A stretch of 64,000 nucleotides of DNA from Nageia nagi (lineage: Eukaryota; Plantae; Pinophyta). Where the stretch lies: positions 14,818,001 through 14,882,000 of the forward strand of contig JBITNC010000002.1 in NCBI GenBank assembly GCA_050084985.1, in the 5' to 3' direction. The notes below the pieces were generated by a model, which was given only the letters and a program-made list of their open reading frames with translations, had not been told where the DNA came from and did not search any database. The position numbers and the translations under genes were made by a program. Each line of letters starts with the position of its first letter. The stretch's first letter is position 1. Below, piece by piece: positions 25,095 through 38,289 of this stretch.

Positions 25095-25955
25095 TAAATG
25101 TATGAAAAATATAGAAGACCAAATGAGATCCAATAATTATTTGACAAGATGTATGATACAAACACAATTTCATATAATGCAATTAGTGGAGGACATGCAA
25201 TTCATTATTATAATAAGGATGTCATTAAACTCTTTTATCTGATGAAGGACTTAGGAAACAACCCTAGAAACATATACTTTATTTTCATTCTATTTGCATG
25301 CAATCATGGTATTGAGCTGCTAGTAAATTTATGTCCCCATATACAAACTATGAGAATATTATATTGCATTGTCATAAAAACTTAAAACTAGATTCTCATA
25401 GCCTTGAGACTCTCCATCTTGAAGGCCTAAAGATCAATCCATCATTTTATGTTTGAGAAAACTATCCACAATTGATCAACTTTGTAATTAATAATTAGTC
25501 ATCTATGAGGGAGCTAGATGTTAATTATCCTCTATTAGTACTTTTGGCTATCACAAAATCTAAAATCTTTGAGATAATTATGATTATTATATAACCATTG
25601 AAAAAACTTATCCTTTAGGCAACCCATGATGCTAACAATGATAAAAGTGAAAATTCAATTCTACAATGATTTTTTAAAAAAGGACCTAGAGAATTTTAAG
25701 CAAATGCAATTGTCAAATGTAAAGCCAAACTTTGTAACCTTTGTTAGCATTCTTCCAGGGTGTTTTATAATGGGAGTTATAAATGAAGGTATACACATCC
25801 ATTAAAGAGTAGTTGAGAATGGTTTTTCATCAAATATTTTTGTTGTGAATTTCCTAATAGATATGTATGTAAAATATGGAACAATAAATAAGGCCTGAGA
25901 ATTATTTAACAAGATGTATGATGTAGACATAGTTTCATTGAATGCAATGATTAGA
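25095..25955 (+). pseudogene. PLS-class PPR gene fragments (decayed)
   Basis: LFDKMYDTNTISYNAISGGHAIH...FIFILFACNHG and FKQMQLSNVKPNFVTFVSILPGC...GIHIH...VVNFLIDMYVKYG...LFNKMYDVDIVSLNAMI, with stops. Confidence 0.75.
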
Positions 25956-26215
25956 ATTCTTTAGTGATAGATGTGAGAATTTTGGTCTATAAGGGTTTCA
26001 AAGATCAATTTATTTTTATATTATTCATGTAATTTGGTTTGTTCTCCAGACACATAACATAAATAAGTTTGTTGTAAAAATATTCATAATATTTATAAAT
26101 AAAAAATAATTAAAATATTTTTAGTAACGATTATATATTTGTAATAACCTTATTTAACATGAACATTTCTCTATTAAAGGACCAACATCTTTTTTATGGG
26201 ACACAACATAATTTA

Positions 26216-27286
26216 CACTACTACATTTTAGCGATTTTGCATCATACAATGCGTCAATCTATAGTCTTATTTAAAAAAAAATGTAGAAATCTTGATGCTA
26301 AGGGTACTTTCAAATAAAGTGTCAATTAATGCATCATTCAAAGCATCATATATTGAGTTATGAGCATCAAATAATTGATGCTATACATGACTCTTTATAT
26401 GTCATGTATGAGTCAAACAATACGTCAACATGATAGGGATGATGGTTTGCATCTTGCAAATAATTTGTCTGTCTTCTCTATGCTTCCATATTTTGCATAT
26501 ATGTCTAATAGGGTACTCACAACCATAACATTCAATAAAAAATTTATTTTAAAGAGTCTTTGATGTATGTCTAAACCCTTTTACAAATCTCTCATTTTGG
26601 TGCATGCTTTGAGGATGCTGGGAAGGTTGAATTCATTTGGTTAGACTACTAGTGGTGTTTATTACATTTGGTAAAATAGTTTCAATGTTTGTTGAGGAAA
26701 ATCGTATCTTTGGTAACCCAAAATTATCATGTTCCATGAGCATACGGTCAAAAACTTCATGGGCATCCACCAAACTTTGAGGTCTTCCTCCACCAAACTT
26801 TGTGGGTGGTTGAAGCATGTAATGCATATTTTTCTTACCATAAAATGCATATACACACTACTATCTATATTCTCCAACTTGTCTTCAACTCCTGCAAACC
26901 TGTATCACTAAAAATATAACCTTGTATCTCTAAAAATACCCTTATAAAGAGCAAACTCCCTTAATTACTCATCAATTTCATCATACCTTCCATTAAAACT
27001 CCACTATTGATAAAGGGAATGCATCAACGATTGATAGCAGATCATGCCATGATTTGTGTGCATGATCTGTACCTTTGTTTTTGTTCTATGTATCACTTGA
27101 TGCATTTCTTGGTGCACTAAAATACGTCAAGTAATGCATCATTCAATGCATCAAGTAATGAGTCAAAAAAATGGTTTTATCTAGATTAACGTAGACATGC
27201 AAAATAATGATACATATTATGTCATGATGTCAAAATACAATTTTATGATGCATCATATGATACAAAATTGCTAAAATGTAGTAGTG
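26216..27286. mobile_element. Non-autonomous CACTA (Pack-CACTA) carrying a PPR fragment
   Basis: TIRs CACTACTACATTTTAGCGATTTTGCATCATA / TATGATACAAAATTGCTAAAATGTAGTAGTG, 3-bp TSD TTA, subterminal tgcatca/tgatgca repeats, and an internal minus-strand PPR fragment. Confidence 0.9.
26450..26780 (-). pseudogene. Captured PPR fragment inside the CACTA element
   Basis: Minus-strand translation gives SLVDAHEVFDRM and PNEFNLPSILKACTKMRDL*KGLDIHQRLFKINFLLNVMVVSTLLDIYAKYGSIEKTDKLF. Confidence 0.8.
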
Positions 27287-27329
27287 TTAGTTCCTTATAA
27301 AAAAATTATTCCTCATCAATATAAAGTTT

Positions 27330-27660
27330 CATGGACTCCAGTGGTTGCAAGATATGCACAAAATTAATTTTTATCAATTAAATAGTAGTTGAAAATGGGT
27401 TTTCATGAAATATTATTGTTGTGAGTGCCCCAATAAACATGTATGCAAAATTTCAAAGAATACAGAAGGCCCATAAATTACTTAACATGGGATCTCTAGA
27501 CAAAGGTATGGACATCCATCGAAGAATAGTTGAAAATGGGTTTTCATATAGTGTTTTTGTTGTGTTTACCTTGGTATACATTTATGCCAAATATCATAGA
27601 AAATATTTGATAAGATGCATGGTGCAAATGTAAATTCATTGACTATAAATCATGCAAATA
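27330..27660 (+). pseudogene. PPR gene fragment (decayed)
   Basis: VVSAPINMYAKFQRIQKAHKL and GSLDKGMDIHRRIVENGFSYSVFVVFTLVYIYAKY. Confidence 0.75.
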
Positions 27661-28965
27661 TAATAAAAAAAGGGTTTTCCTTACTTCTTTTTATAGCTCG
27701 AGAAGATTTTTTACAAGAAATACTATTGTAGGCTATCCAAAGCTCCGTTGGCTAGGGTTTTAGGGTCGACTGAATGAAATGAGAGAATGAGCTTAGGTTT
27801 TCAAATTTTGCATGGTTTCAAATGAGCCTGCCTACCTGCATTAATGGCATGCCCTCAATTTTATGCAGGTTGGTGGCCTCAAAAAGTGAGGTCCATTTTT
27901 TTTTATAATATTAGTTTACAAATTCTTGAAACTAATACGTATTTTTAGCATCGTGAATATGCGACAATATTTTTTTTTTTTTAATTTAGGTTTACATATT
28001 TGCAAAACTAATATGGAAGATTAGTTTTGCGAATATTAGAGATTCACAAAGCTAAAACTACATATTAGTTTTATGAATATGTAGACAAGTTTTTTCATGT
28101 TGGCATATTTGTGAAACTAATATGACATGTTAATTTCACGAATATGAAATTATTTTAGCTAATATGCAAACATTAAAGAACTCGGTTGCTTATTTATGAA
28201 ACTAATATGTAGTTTTAGTCTCACAAATATGTAGTCAAATTTTTTGTAAGATATTATGTCTAACGGAATAGTTTCATGAATATGCTTGAATGCTTGTGAA
28301 AAAATGAACAAAATCTATGAAATTCATCAATCAATGTATCCATATATCAAATGCCCAAAACGAAAAGTCTCTTAATTAGACAACTCCATTAAGATTGAAA
28401 TGACATATCATTTTAAATGATATTTATTTGCAATTAAATGTACATTGTATTTCAATTAATTCAACTTTCACTCAATATCGGTATGATTAGATTTTCCAAT
28501 GACTTTGAACCACATTAAAATATGTGGCATCTTTATATTAAGAACGAGTCTTTCGCTTGGACTTTAAGCCCTTCTTTGTCGGGCATTATTTTGACAATGG
28601 ATACAATTGGCTGTGTTGAGCATCTCTGGAATGAGAACGAGTCTTTCGCCTGCACTTTAAGTCTTTAAGCCCTTCTCTGCCGGGCATTATTTTGACCATA
28701 GATACACTTGAATGTGTTGGCTTTCTTTGAGAGGCATGAAATTTGCGATCCTGCAGCATACCCATTCAATGAAGGAGACTAAATACCTTAGAAAAACTCC
28801 TCCTCCTAGAGTAAGGCACTTTGAAGCAAAGAATATGGAGAAGTTTCTCGAATTCTTCTTAGAGAGTGATTATCTACAATGTTACGCAATCAATGATGCA
28901 CTAAGAAACATTGCATTATCTCGCCTATAATCAGAGGCCTCCTCATTTTCCCATGTTATGTAAAA

Positions 28966-29799
28966 ATGTATAGTCAAGATCGGGTAGCGTTCTCATACGT
29001 TTGCTTCCCTACTTTGATTCTGACTTTGCTATTGGTTCCCCCAAATTCTAAAGTAGACGGTGTTGCTAACACCATCATCGTCGTAGCACCTCTCACATCC
29101 TCAGAAACCAGGGTTTCCAATAATGGCATCTTCAAGCTGGGTTTCTTCGATTTGCAAGATGCCGACAAATGGTATGTAGATATTTGGTATACTCAATTCC
29201 CATTCCAGACAATCGTATGGATTGCAAATAGAGACAAACCCTTGCAAAATGGCTGAACGGTCTTCAGTCTCTCAGAGAATGGTGGACTTGTCCTCTCTCA
29301 AGGGGGTCTGGTCCACAAATGGGACGATAAATTCTTCTTCTGCAGTAATAATAGATACAAGTAATCTGTTTATGAGATCAATAAAGGAAACATTATGAGT
29401 GTGGTTGACAAGAGGATTGAGAATGTTGTGGAGGGGAAGGAGGTCAGGAGAGGTGCCATGGTGGCAGATGGGACATTCAGGACGACGAAGACACGAGGCC
29501 GTCGATGAGTGAGATAGTGCAGATATTGGAACACTGTAGATGCGCTGAGGAAAAAAGTCTTATGTGTTATAATAAGATAAAAGTAAATCCTAAAGTGTAA
29601 ACTTCAAAAAACACCATCTAAGGATGTACAATAATTAGTGTTTTTTTTGTCTTATTGCAATTCACAAGAGAATTACATTATAGATGTGTTTGCATCACCC
29701 ATTCCTAAGTCCATTTCGAACATGAAAAAATTATCTAGCTTTCTATTCTCTTAGGATAAAAGCCAAAGGGAAAATCTTACTAATACCACTTCAACGTGA
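28966..29799 (+). pseudogene. Internally deleted pseudogene paralog of the S-domain receptor kinase
   Basis: 28966-29375 aligns to 439-856 and 29376-29799 aligns to ~2559-2841, with a ~140-bp insertion. There is a premature TGA at 29254-29256. Upstream 28440-28965 aligns to ~60-438. Confidence 0.92.
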
Positions 29800-30110
29800 A
29801 CCAAACACACTTTCATGAATCTTAAGGTTTATGAATTCTTAGGCACCAAGTAAAGCAAACAAGTCCACACTTAGCATTAGGCTTTGTCAACATTTTTTTT
29901 TTTTCTAAACTTTTGCTTGATCTAAATGCTTAGCATGTTGAAGGTGGTCACTTATACATGTGTAGGGTGGGTTCCATTGTAGGTGTCATATGATAGTAAT
30001 TGTTCATGGATTCAAAGCATTGATACTTCTATTTTATTAAACTTGCATGGCTACATGTACATTATACATTAACAAATATAACATTTTTTAAATTAATGTT
30101 TACATATTTC

Positions 30111-30490
30111 ATTTATTCAAATAGTTTAATGGCTTCCTTATTACAACTATTTTTTGTATACCATGTAATCATTACAATCCATGAAATTATTTGTTCATAA
30201 TGCATCTTATTAAACAAAATCCTTATGATCTTACTGCTTTGACATTTTCCATGTATGCCTATAGGGATGTTATCACAATTGTATTGTCTAATTTATAGCC
30301 CATATACTCCATTTATTCAAATAATTTGATGGTTTCCTTGCTACAACCATTCCTTATATACCTTGCAATCATTACATTCTATGAAAATAGTTATTTATAA
30401 TGCATCTTGTCAAAAAAAATCATTTCTATGTGAGTGCTCCCACATTTTAAATACATGTTTATTCGAGTTGTTATCACAATTGCATGCAAA
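30111..30490. repeat. Degenerate tandem duplication, ~200-bp period
   Basis: atttattcaaata...ataatgcatctt begins at 30111 and 30311; gttatcacaattg recurs at ~30268 and ~30470. Confidence 0.7.
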
Positions 30491-33400
30491 ATAAACCCAC
30501 ATATAATTATTTTTGTATGAATTTTCATGCTTCATTTTAAACTTATAAAAGTTTTTTATACAACCAAAATACTTGCAATGGTTATTGCATTTTGTGAGAA
30601 ACCTATTAATTGCATTTTCTAAAAGCACTTGAGATCCTCTAAACCATACTTGTTCTATGCATATCTTATGATAATTGCATTATGTGGAATTATGTATCTC
30701 TATTACATTTTCCTAAAAATATTTTCATCCTTTGTAAGAAACCTAGCCTCATAATATCCTCTAATTATTATAGTGTATGAGATAATTTATTTCTCTTCTA
30801 CATTTTGTTAAACAGTACATGGGCTTTTTGTATGTTCCTAAACTTAGCTTACATGCCTATCAAAGGATTCATCATAATAACATAAGAATGAAAAATATTT
30901 TTTATTATTTTTTTATGCATATCAACACCTTCTTATGATGATGTTGAGTTAGGTAGAATTCTAGAAAAGATGAATTCATTGGGTAGAACACCACTTCCAT
31001 TTCATTGTGTTAAGATATATTCTAGATGCAAGAAGTCTATTGTGTATCATTATGTTTGAAATGAACTAAAGTATAATGTGAAATTTTATCTTTTGTATCC
31101 CTTTTGAGCAAATATTGTATCCTCAAGATTTAATGTGTATTACTGATATTATGATAGGTTTATGATACATTATCTTAACTAATCCCTTGACATGAAATTC
31201 AACCCTAAATATAAAAATATCTTAATCATAGAGAAATCCTAAATATAAAATCCAGCATGGATTTTCTAGCTCTAAGATTTAAGTAATCATATACATGGTG
31301 CATTAGGAGAGATGCTAAATAAAATAGCAAATTAAAGAATATACAATCACTCAATATTGAAATAAAAAGGCTTAAGCTTGTAATTTTAACATGTTTTAAG
31401 TGAAAGTGTATATCAATAGCTTGAGTAATTTAGCATTAATAAGAATGTATATTAAATAAGATGTCCAATAATGTACTAAGTCATCACATACTTCAAGCAA
31501 TTAATATCATAGAAAGAGATGTTCAATAAGATGTACACTTGAATCAAGTGGTATAAATAAAGTGGAGATCATTTACAATCTAAACCAACAACTCACATGA
31601 GTAAATTCTACTAGGTTTGTATGATGAAAACTTGGTAGAATTTTCTCTTGTGGTCTAATCATATCAGTACATCATGTTTTTGAATAAGTAGAATATCAAT
31701 TAGTATAAATACTTGCAACATCCATAATATACTTTCATAACATATTTTTGGTGTATCTAAATATGTATATTAGTATATCCACATAGATCAAATAATATTT
31801 AGATAACATTCATGGTAATACCACTAAAATATATTCATGTCATACTTATGTAATATAATCTAGTGTAATATAATAATATTACTATAATATTCACATCATT
31901 CCTATATAACATAAGATAATATCCTTACGATATGGATGATATATTTACATAGTGTGTTTTAGTTTATATCATAATATTGCAATGTTCATGTCATACTTGC
32001 ATAGCCTAAGTTACATAGCATGTATGAAAATACCCAACAATACTCATGTCTAGTCTAAGCATGTAACAATTTCAAGACTGCAAAACATGTTTACATGACA
32101 ATATCATTGCAATGTTCATATCATTAGTTCATAGTCTAAGTTTGAAATAGCATAATATGTATGCCAACACCAAATTATTTTGAGATCATATTTGAATATT
32201 TAACAATATCAATATAATATATTTATATCATATTAATATAGCATGATTTTGATGTAACATAAAATGAATATTGATATTAATTAATATTCATGTCATATTT
32301 TCATAATTGAAATTTTCATTATGGTATATTCATATAATCTTAAGGTAGCATGGTTTTAGTGAGACTTGACATTATCAGTATAATTATATTCATGACATCT
32401 TAACATAACATGATGCTAATGTAATATAATGTTATCATTATAATTATATTCCTCACTAGACCAAAAGGGACCTTTGGGGATAGCATATACTCACCTATAA
32501 AGTGATTTATGAGCGATTAGTTGATTATCCCCTATGAGCATGTCGCTAAATATCAACTACCTATGGTGGTGGTCAATAATCGCCCATGCATGATCGCATA
32601 AATTGCCACCTAAGGACATATGGAGGTGGTTATTATGATAAAATTGTTGCAAATTTCTAATAGATCGAGATTAACGTGATCCTTGTGCATGAAAAAGAGT
32701 TATCCAAAAAAAGAGAAGGGCACATATTTATCTTCTTAAATTTTGGGGTATTGATAGATAAACTTGAAAATATCAATACACATAATACACAAAAAATTTG
32801 AATTCAAATAATAAATAATGGATCCATATTATAATTATTTAATACAACTAAGTAATGATTTATAAGGCTTTGAAGGTAGTGTTGTAGTTTAATAGAAATA
32901 TTTATAGTATGATAGATTATTTATTTTTGTAGATTGATCCAAAGATGTGAGGGGGGTTAGAGAGGAGTGGGAACATAAAAATATAAGGTGATGAAGGGAG
33001 ATACCAAGTTCAAAACTCTCCTCCCTCACATCATGTGGATATGCTAAAATCTAACTGATGGGTCACCATGCTGGTGTGGATGGGGCTAGGTGCCACTCCT
33101 GGGTGATTTTTAAGGAAGAGACCCCCTAAACACAAAATCTAATTCCTAGAAATTAGCCCCATAAGTGTGGTTTCAACAAAAAAATATTTGCATTATGATA
33201 GGTTATTTATTTTTTATTTTCGATAGAAAGAGTTTTTATTTTTTTATTTATAGTTTTTTCATATGTATGTTCTTGATTCTATCCTTTTTAGAATATTTAT
33301 GTGAATAATACTCTCTTTGCTTTATATTTAGTTTTCATGTTATATGTAACTATCATATGCTAGTTATCATTATTGTACATGATAAATGGGTAAATCTTTT

Positions 33401-35039
33401 CTAAATAATTTTGATGGTATCATTATTATTCTAAATAATGCTATTAAGGTATTATTGGAAATATAAAAAGTAATTGAAACCAAATGAAACTTGCTTTTCT
33501 CTCCTTTTTTTTGGTAAAATAAACACACAAATCTAAACTAAAATAAGAAGCACACACACAAAAAGATGAAAATTAAAGTAAAGTATAAGATGTACAAGTT
33601 TTGAGATTATTTGAAATTAGTTTATATTTTCTTTTAGAAGTCATTCATATGTTCTATGTATGCAAAAAGTTGTACAAATGATTTATAGAGATCATATTAT
33701 ATTAAATTCTAGTTGTGTTTCTATTTTCCAATTTTTTTTCCGATTTTTGTGACTACTCTAATAAATTTCTATTTTTGTGAAAAACTTCATTTACGTATTT
33801 TTGTTTATTAGCAAGTTATTTGAATGAATTATAAATAGTTAGATTTTTCTAAACTTGAAAATTATAGAGCCATTAGTATAGTTTGATATACTTTTGTTTG
33901 TGATTTTTTTTGGAAAATTAATTTCTATTTTTGAGTTTTTTATTGAAAGATGTATTAAAAATAAGAAAGAAAATATGATTATTTTTTTGGTGGTTTGTGA
34001 GATCGTTATTTTCTAATTCCTAAGATAAGGGTTAGACAAAATCAGATACTTAGAAGGATATCTATAGTGGTGGGGGATTTTAGGGTGACTCATGTTCTCC
34101 TGATAGTTAATGAGAAATGTATCACCCTCTCCCTCACCAAATATAATGAGCAATATAAGAACAGATGATTGAGCCCAATTTAAGAGCTAACTCAACTTGT
34201 TTTCTTGTAGTAGATTCCATAGAGTTTTTTTATCAATGGAGATGGTTGATATATTTGATAACAAGCTTGAGATATTGATGACATACATTATCCATCCTAG
34301 AATCACTAAAAATGATAAGTTAAGAGTTATGTAGCCTAAGGATGAAAGTGATCAAGGTAGCCATGGATTAGTTTAGTAAGATATTTTGATATTGGTTGAT
34401 TTTAAACTAATTTGGGTAGATTTTTTGTTACCTAAACTTATAAACTCTTACAATTTTACTTGATCATTTGATCATCTTTGAATAATGAGATATTTTTTAG
34501 GCTATATAGCTCTTAAGATTAGGGTTAGGGTTTAAGATTAGGATATTTTAAGAGGATAATGGTAGAATAAAGTTAATTAAAAATTAACATTATCCTAGCA
34601 TGAGTTATTAATTAGCTTTTTAATTATTTAATTCAAAAAGTACTGATTTATCTTCTAGTGATTTTTATTTAATTATTTTTAATTCTTGATTAATCTTAAA
34701 ACATGAGATTTATCTTTTAATATGATAAGGATGTACATCTTAGCCTTTGATTAATATATTTGTCTTTTTTGTCTCGATAGCTTAGATATTTATGGTGGGA
34801 TAAGATATTTTCATTTATGATCTATTAATTGTTTGATTAATTTTTTGGTTTTTTTTTGTCATTTTTTTAATGTTTATAGATTATATATATTTAACTTATG
34901 GATTTACATGATATTTGATTAATTTAAAGGTTAATTAATTAATTATAGGGAGTGGTATTTAATTAAGATTGATTATTTAATTAATCTTAATTAAGGAGGT
35001 GTAGTTTTTGAGTGTCTACAAATATAATTATTATATATG

Positions 35040-36090
35040 ATTTTTCTTATGGCAAAACATTATCTAATAAATGAGGGTTCTTTTTGTTGAATAATTCAGC
35101 AAGTTTACAATAATCCTATTTATCACTTCTATTTATTCATCAATCTATGCATGATAGGCTTAACTAAAATTTAACTTAGTATTCAATGTATTCCATAAAG
35201 GCCTCCACAAAGGGACTATAATTTAGTATCCTATTTTGACATAATACTTCTTAGTAAATCATGCAATCCTACAATCTCCTTGCAGAATAAGTTACCAACA
35301 TTAATGGTATCATTTATCTTCTTACACAATATAAATTGCATAATCTTAGAAAATCTTTCTACAACCATAAATATACAATCACTCCCTTTATAATTTTTAT
35401 ATAGTCTAATAACAAAGTTCATAGTTACATCTTCTCATTGAGATAATTTAAAGTATTAACTATTCAAAAATGCTTAATTATTTTTCACTTTTCTTTTCCC
35501 TTATCAAATTCTCCCTCATTTGGCCAGTAGGGATATAAAATTTATATCTCTTGAATAAAAAAATATGCATACAAGAAATAATTTAACCAATGGGTAATGT
35601 CCTTCTCAACTAGATTATTACAAGCTTTCCAAGACTCATCAATATTTTTATGCTCCTTTCATGGAATCAAATTTACTCACTTTTACTCTCAATTCTCCCA
35701 ATAATAAGTACATTTTGTTGAAGGCATTTACTACTAAGTTTGATTTTCCATTTCTATACTTCAAAATAAAGGTGTATCCTTAATGATATTAAACCCACTT
35801 AAGATGTATCTAATTTGATTTTATCTACTTGTTGATAAATTATAATGCATAATGCCTTCACTTCTTGAGTTATTGAATAATTTCACATAATTCCTTATCA
35901 TATATTGAGTATTTATTTTTTACCTCACTCAATGTCTCATTTAAGTAAGCAATAAGTTGACTTTCTTGACTTAAAACTCATACATCAATAGAAACTCCAT
36001 TAGCATCATAGTTTACATGGAAAACTTTGTTGAAATCTAGTAGGGCTAGAATTGGTTATTGTATCATATTCTTATTCAAAATCTAAAAAC
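35040..36090 (-). mobile_element. Ty3/gypsy (chromovirus-like) RNase H and integrase remnant
   Basis: Integrase core MNFVIRL...DCIFMVVERFSKIMQFILCKK...LFCKEIVGLHDLLRSIMS; RNase H remnant PILALLDFNKVFHVNYDANG...YSIYDKEL. Confidence 0.75.
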
Positions 36091-37704
36091 TTATTTTAAA
36101 ATTAGCAACATACTGGAAGCTCTCAATCAACCTTTATGCTCCTAATGAAGCTCTCAATCAATATATATTTTAAAGGTGGATTTATTTATCTCTCCCCTAT
36201 GTTGCATGGAGTATCTATAATAATTTCAACATGGTGGAGTTTATGCATGAGAAAGATAAATTAATAGTCATGAAATGGACTTATAGAAAGCATGAGGGTT
36301 AGTTCTTTATGAAAATAAATTAGGGCTTTCATGTATAAATGATTTTTTTGACATCCACATTTCCCTATAACTCTTGGTTCTCCTAGTCAAACTAATAATT
36401 AAGAGAAAATAGAGTATTTAAATAATTATATAGGGTTATTACATCCAATTAAGACTAATTTTTCTTCACCCATTTAGATAGTTTTTCCCCTTTATGGGAG
36501 TTCATCCCTAAATCCTACATATTTGATAAAACTCTTACTTCCTTCTCCATTGAAGCTTATAATTACCTCCCAACAATTTTTCCTTAACACACCATTTCTA
36601 CATCATCATACTTTCCTACTATATATTTGATGAATTTGAAATTTGTTCCAAGATATCATAGCCCTATGGGTGGATTAACTAGTGGATAGATGTCATTCAA
36701 TTGACTTCCACCTTCCTTAGATTTTTAGGCCATAGGATGACCAAATCTTAACATAGGTCCAATGTTGCTCTTAAAATTAAGTTAACTCAAGTAACATGTC
36801 AACTGGAAATATGCCCCTTTAATATAAATATGTAATAATTCCTTGCTTCAATTCATCATCATATTTTCCTTACTAAGCATTATGAATCATGGGGGATTTA
36901 ATTTAAGGTTAAATTATACTAACTCAAATTTGGTAACCAAGTGTCTAAAGAATTATTTTTTCACCTTTGGCCTCAAAATCATACCATGGCTATCAAATCG
37001 ATACATAAAAATGGAGATAATATATCTAAATTATTAGCCATTATGATGACCTTTATCAACCATTATTATCGTGTCTTTCCATCTCCAAAATAATCACACT
37101 AAATTGACCAAGCCCTTCAAGGTTTTCTTAAAGTTATTCCCAACCAACTTTCAAAATCCTAAAAGATTGATAGTGATAGACCATTATTGACCCTTACAAA
37201 CTTATATAAGGCTTATTCCCATATAACCAATGAAAACTCCTAATGGATATATGATTTTCTATGTAAGGCTCTTTAGGATATAATTGACCCTGATGTTCTC
37301 CACATCTATTATTAAGAAATTTAAAATGGTTCTCTTAGGACTATGATATTTAAACAAAGATAATATTATGTTTATCCTTAAGGATGAATCCCAAAATTAA
37401 TCATTAATTAGAGGTAAATCTTTATGCAAGATAAAAAATTCACCATGGAAGTTTTCCATTTTTATAATATTATTGAGTATTGGGGGAGTACCCCTATACA
37501 ATCTAGAAGGTTCTACTTGAGTCCCTTTCACCTCAAGGCCATTTCGAGTCTTGTTAGTGACATCACTGAGCCCCCACCCCCATCCTTAAATTTACAAGTT
37601 GCTTCTCCTTGTCTTACCTAAGAAATATCCTAGAGGATCCTTGAGCCCATCCAAATAATATTCCTTTCTATGCACTAGCCATCACACCAGCCTATAACAC
37701 AAGC

Positions 37705-38270
37705 AAGATTGAGGAGTTATTACTTAACTTTGATCATACAGGAATTTCATCATCTACCAAGGATGAGTTTTGAAGTTTTCAACATAGAATAATGATGATC
37801 AAAATAATTTGATAGATCCTACTTCATAATAGATGCAATTATGATACTTGAGAGTGCATCATTTAATATATTTTTGGTTACACTTTGGATGCAATCATCA
37901 CTCTTTAGAGTTGGAGGTATTTATCTCTACCCAATCATGATAAAAAATCAAGTATGTGTCTCTACCCATTTATTTTTTAAAGTAAATTATTTTATACTTT
38001 TAAAATTTTCAAATTATATATAAAAATATATATATCTTCAAGGGTAAAACATGATGGTTAAATGCTTTGACTCATTTTTATGAGGTCCTAGGTTTGAATC
38101 ACATTGGTTGTTATATTGTGTTGTAGTGTAGCTATGAGTTGACTATGATTTGGCTACAACCATGTTACTATCTATAATCATTAGGTGAATAGTGGAGACT
38201 TTAAAAAATATTTACCCCTACTGACAATCGTAAGAGGGTTCCTAAAATAATTTTCCTCATGTATATATAT
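37705..38270. repeat. Direct repeat copy 1 (~570 bp; copy 2 at ~42907-43600)
   Basis: caagattgaggag...tacccatttatttttt...aggtcctaggtttgaatcacattgg...ggttcctaaaataattttcctcat occurs in both places. Confidence 0.85.
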
Positions 38271-38289
38271 ACATATATAAATTTATTGA

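Noticed and set aside
31700-32450. Recurring aatattcatgtcata-like words as a CRISPR-like or structured array
   Set aside because: Irregular, highly degenerate AT-rich minisatellite in a plant genome, with no constant repeat-spacer structure.
33950-35020. Possible solo LTR ending in GTGTCTACA at 35020
   Set aside because: The other terminus and a TSD could not be identified.
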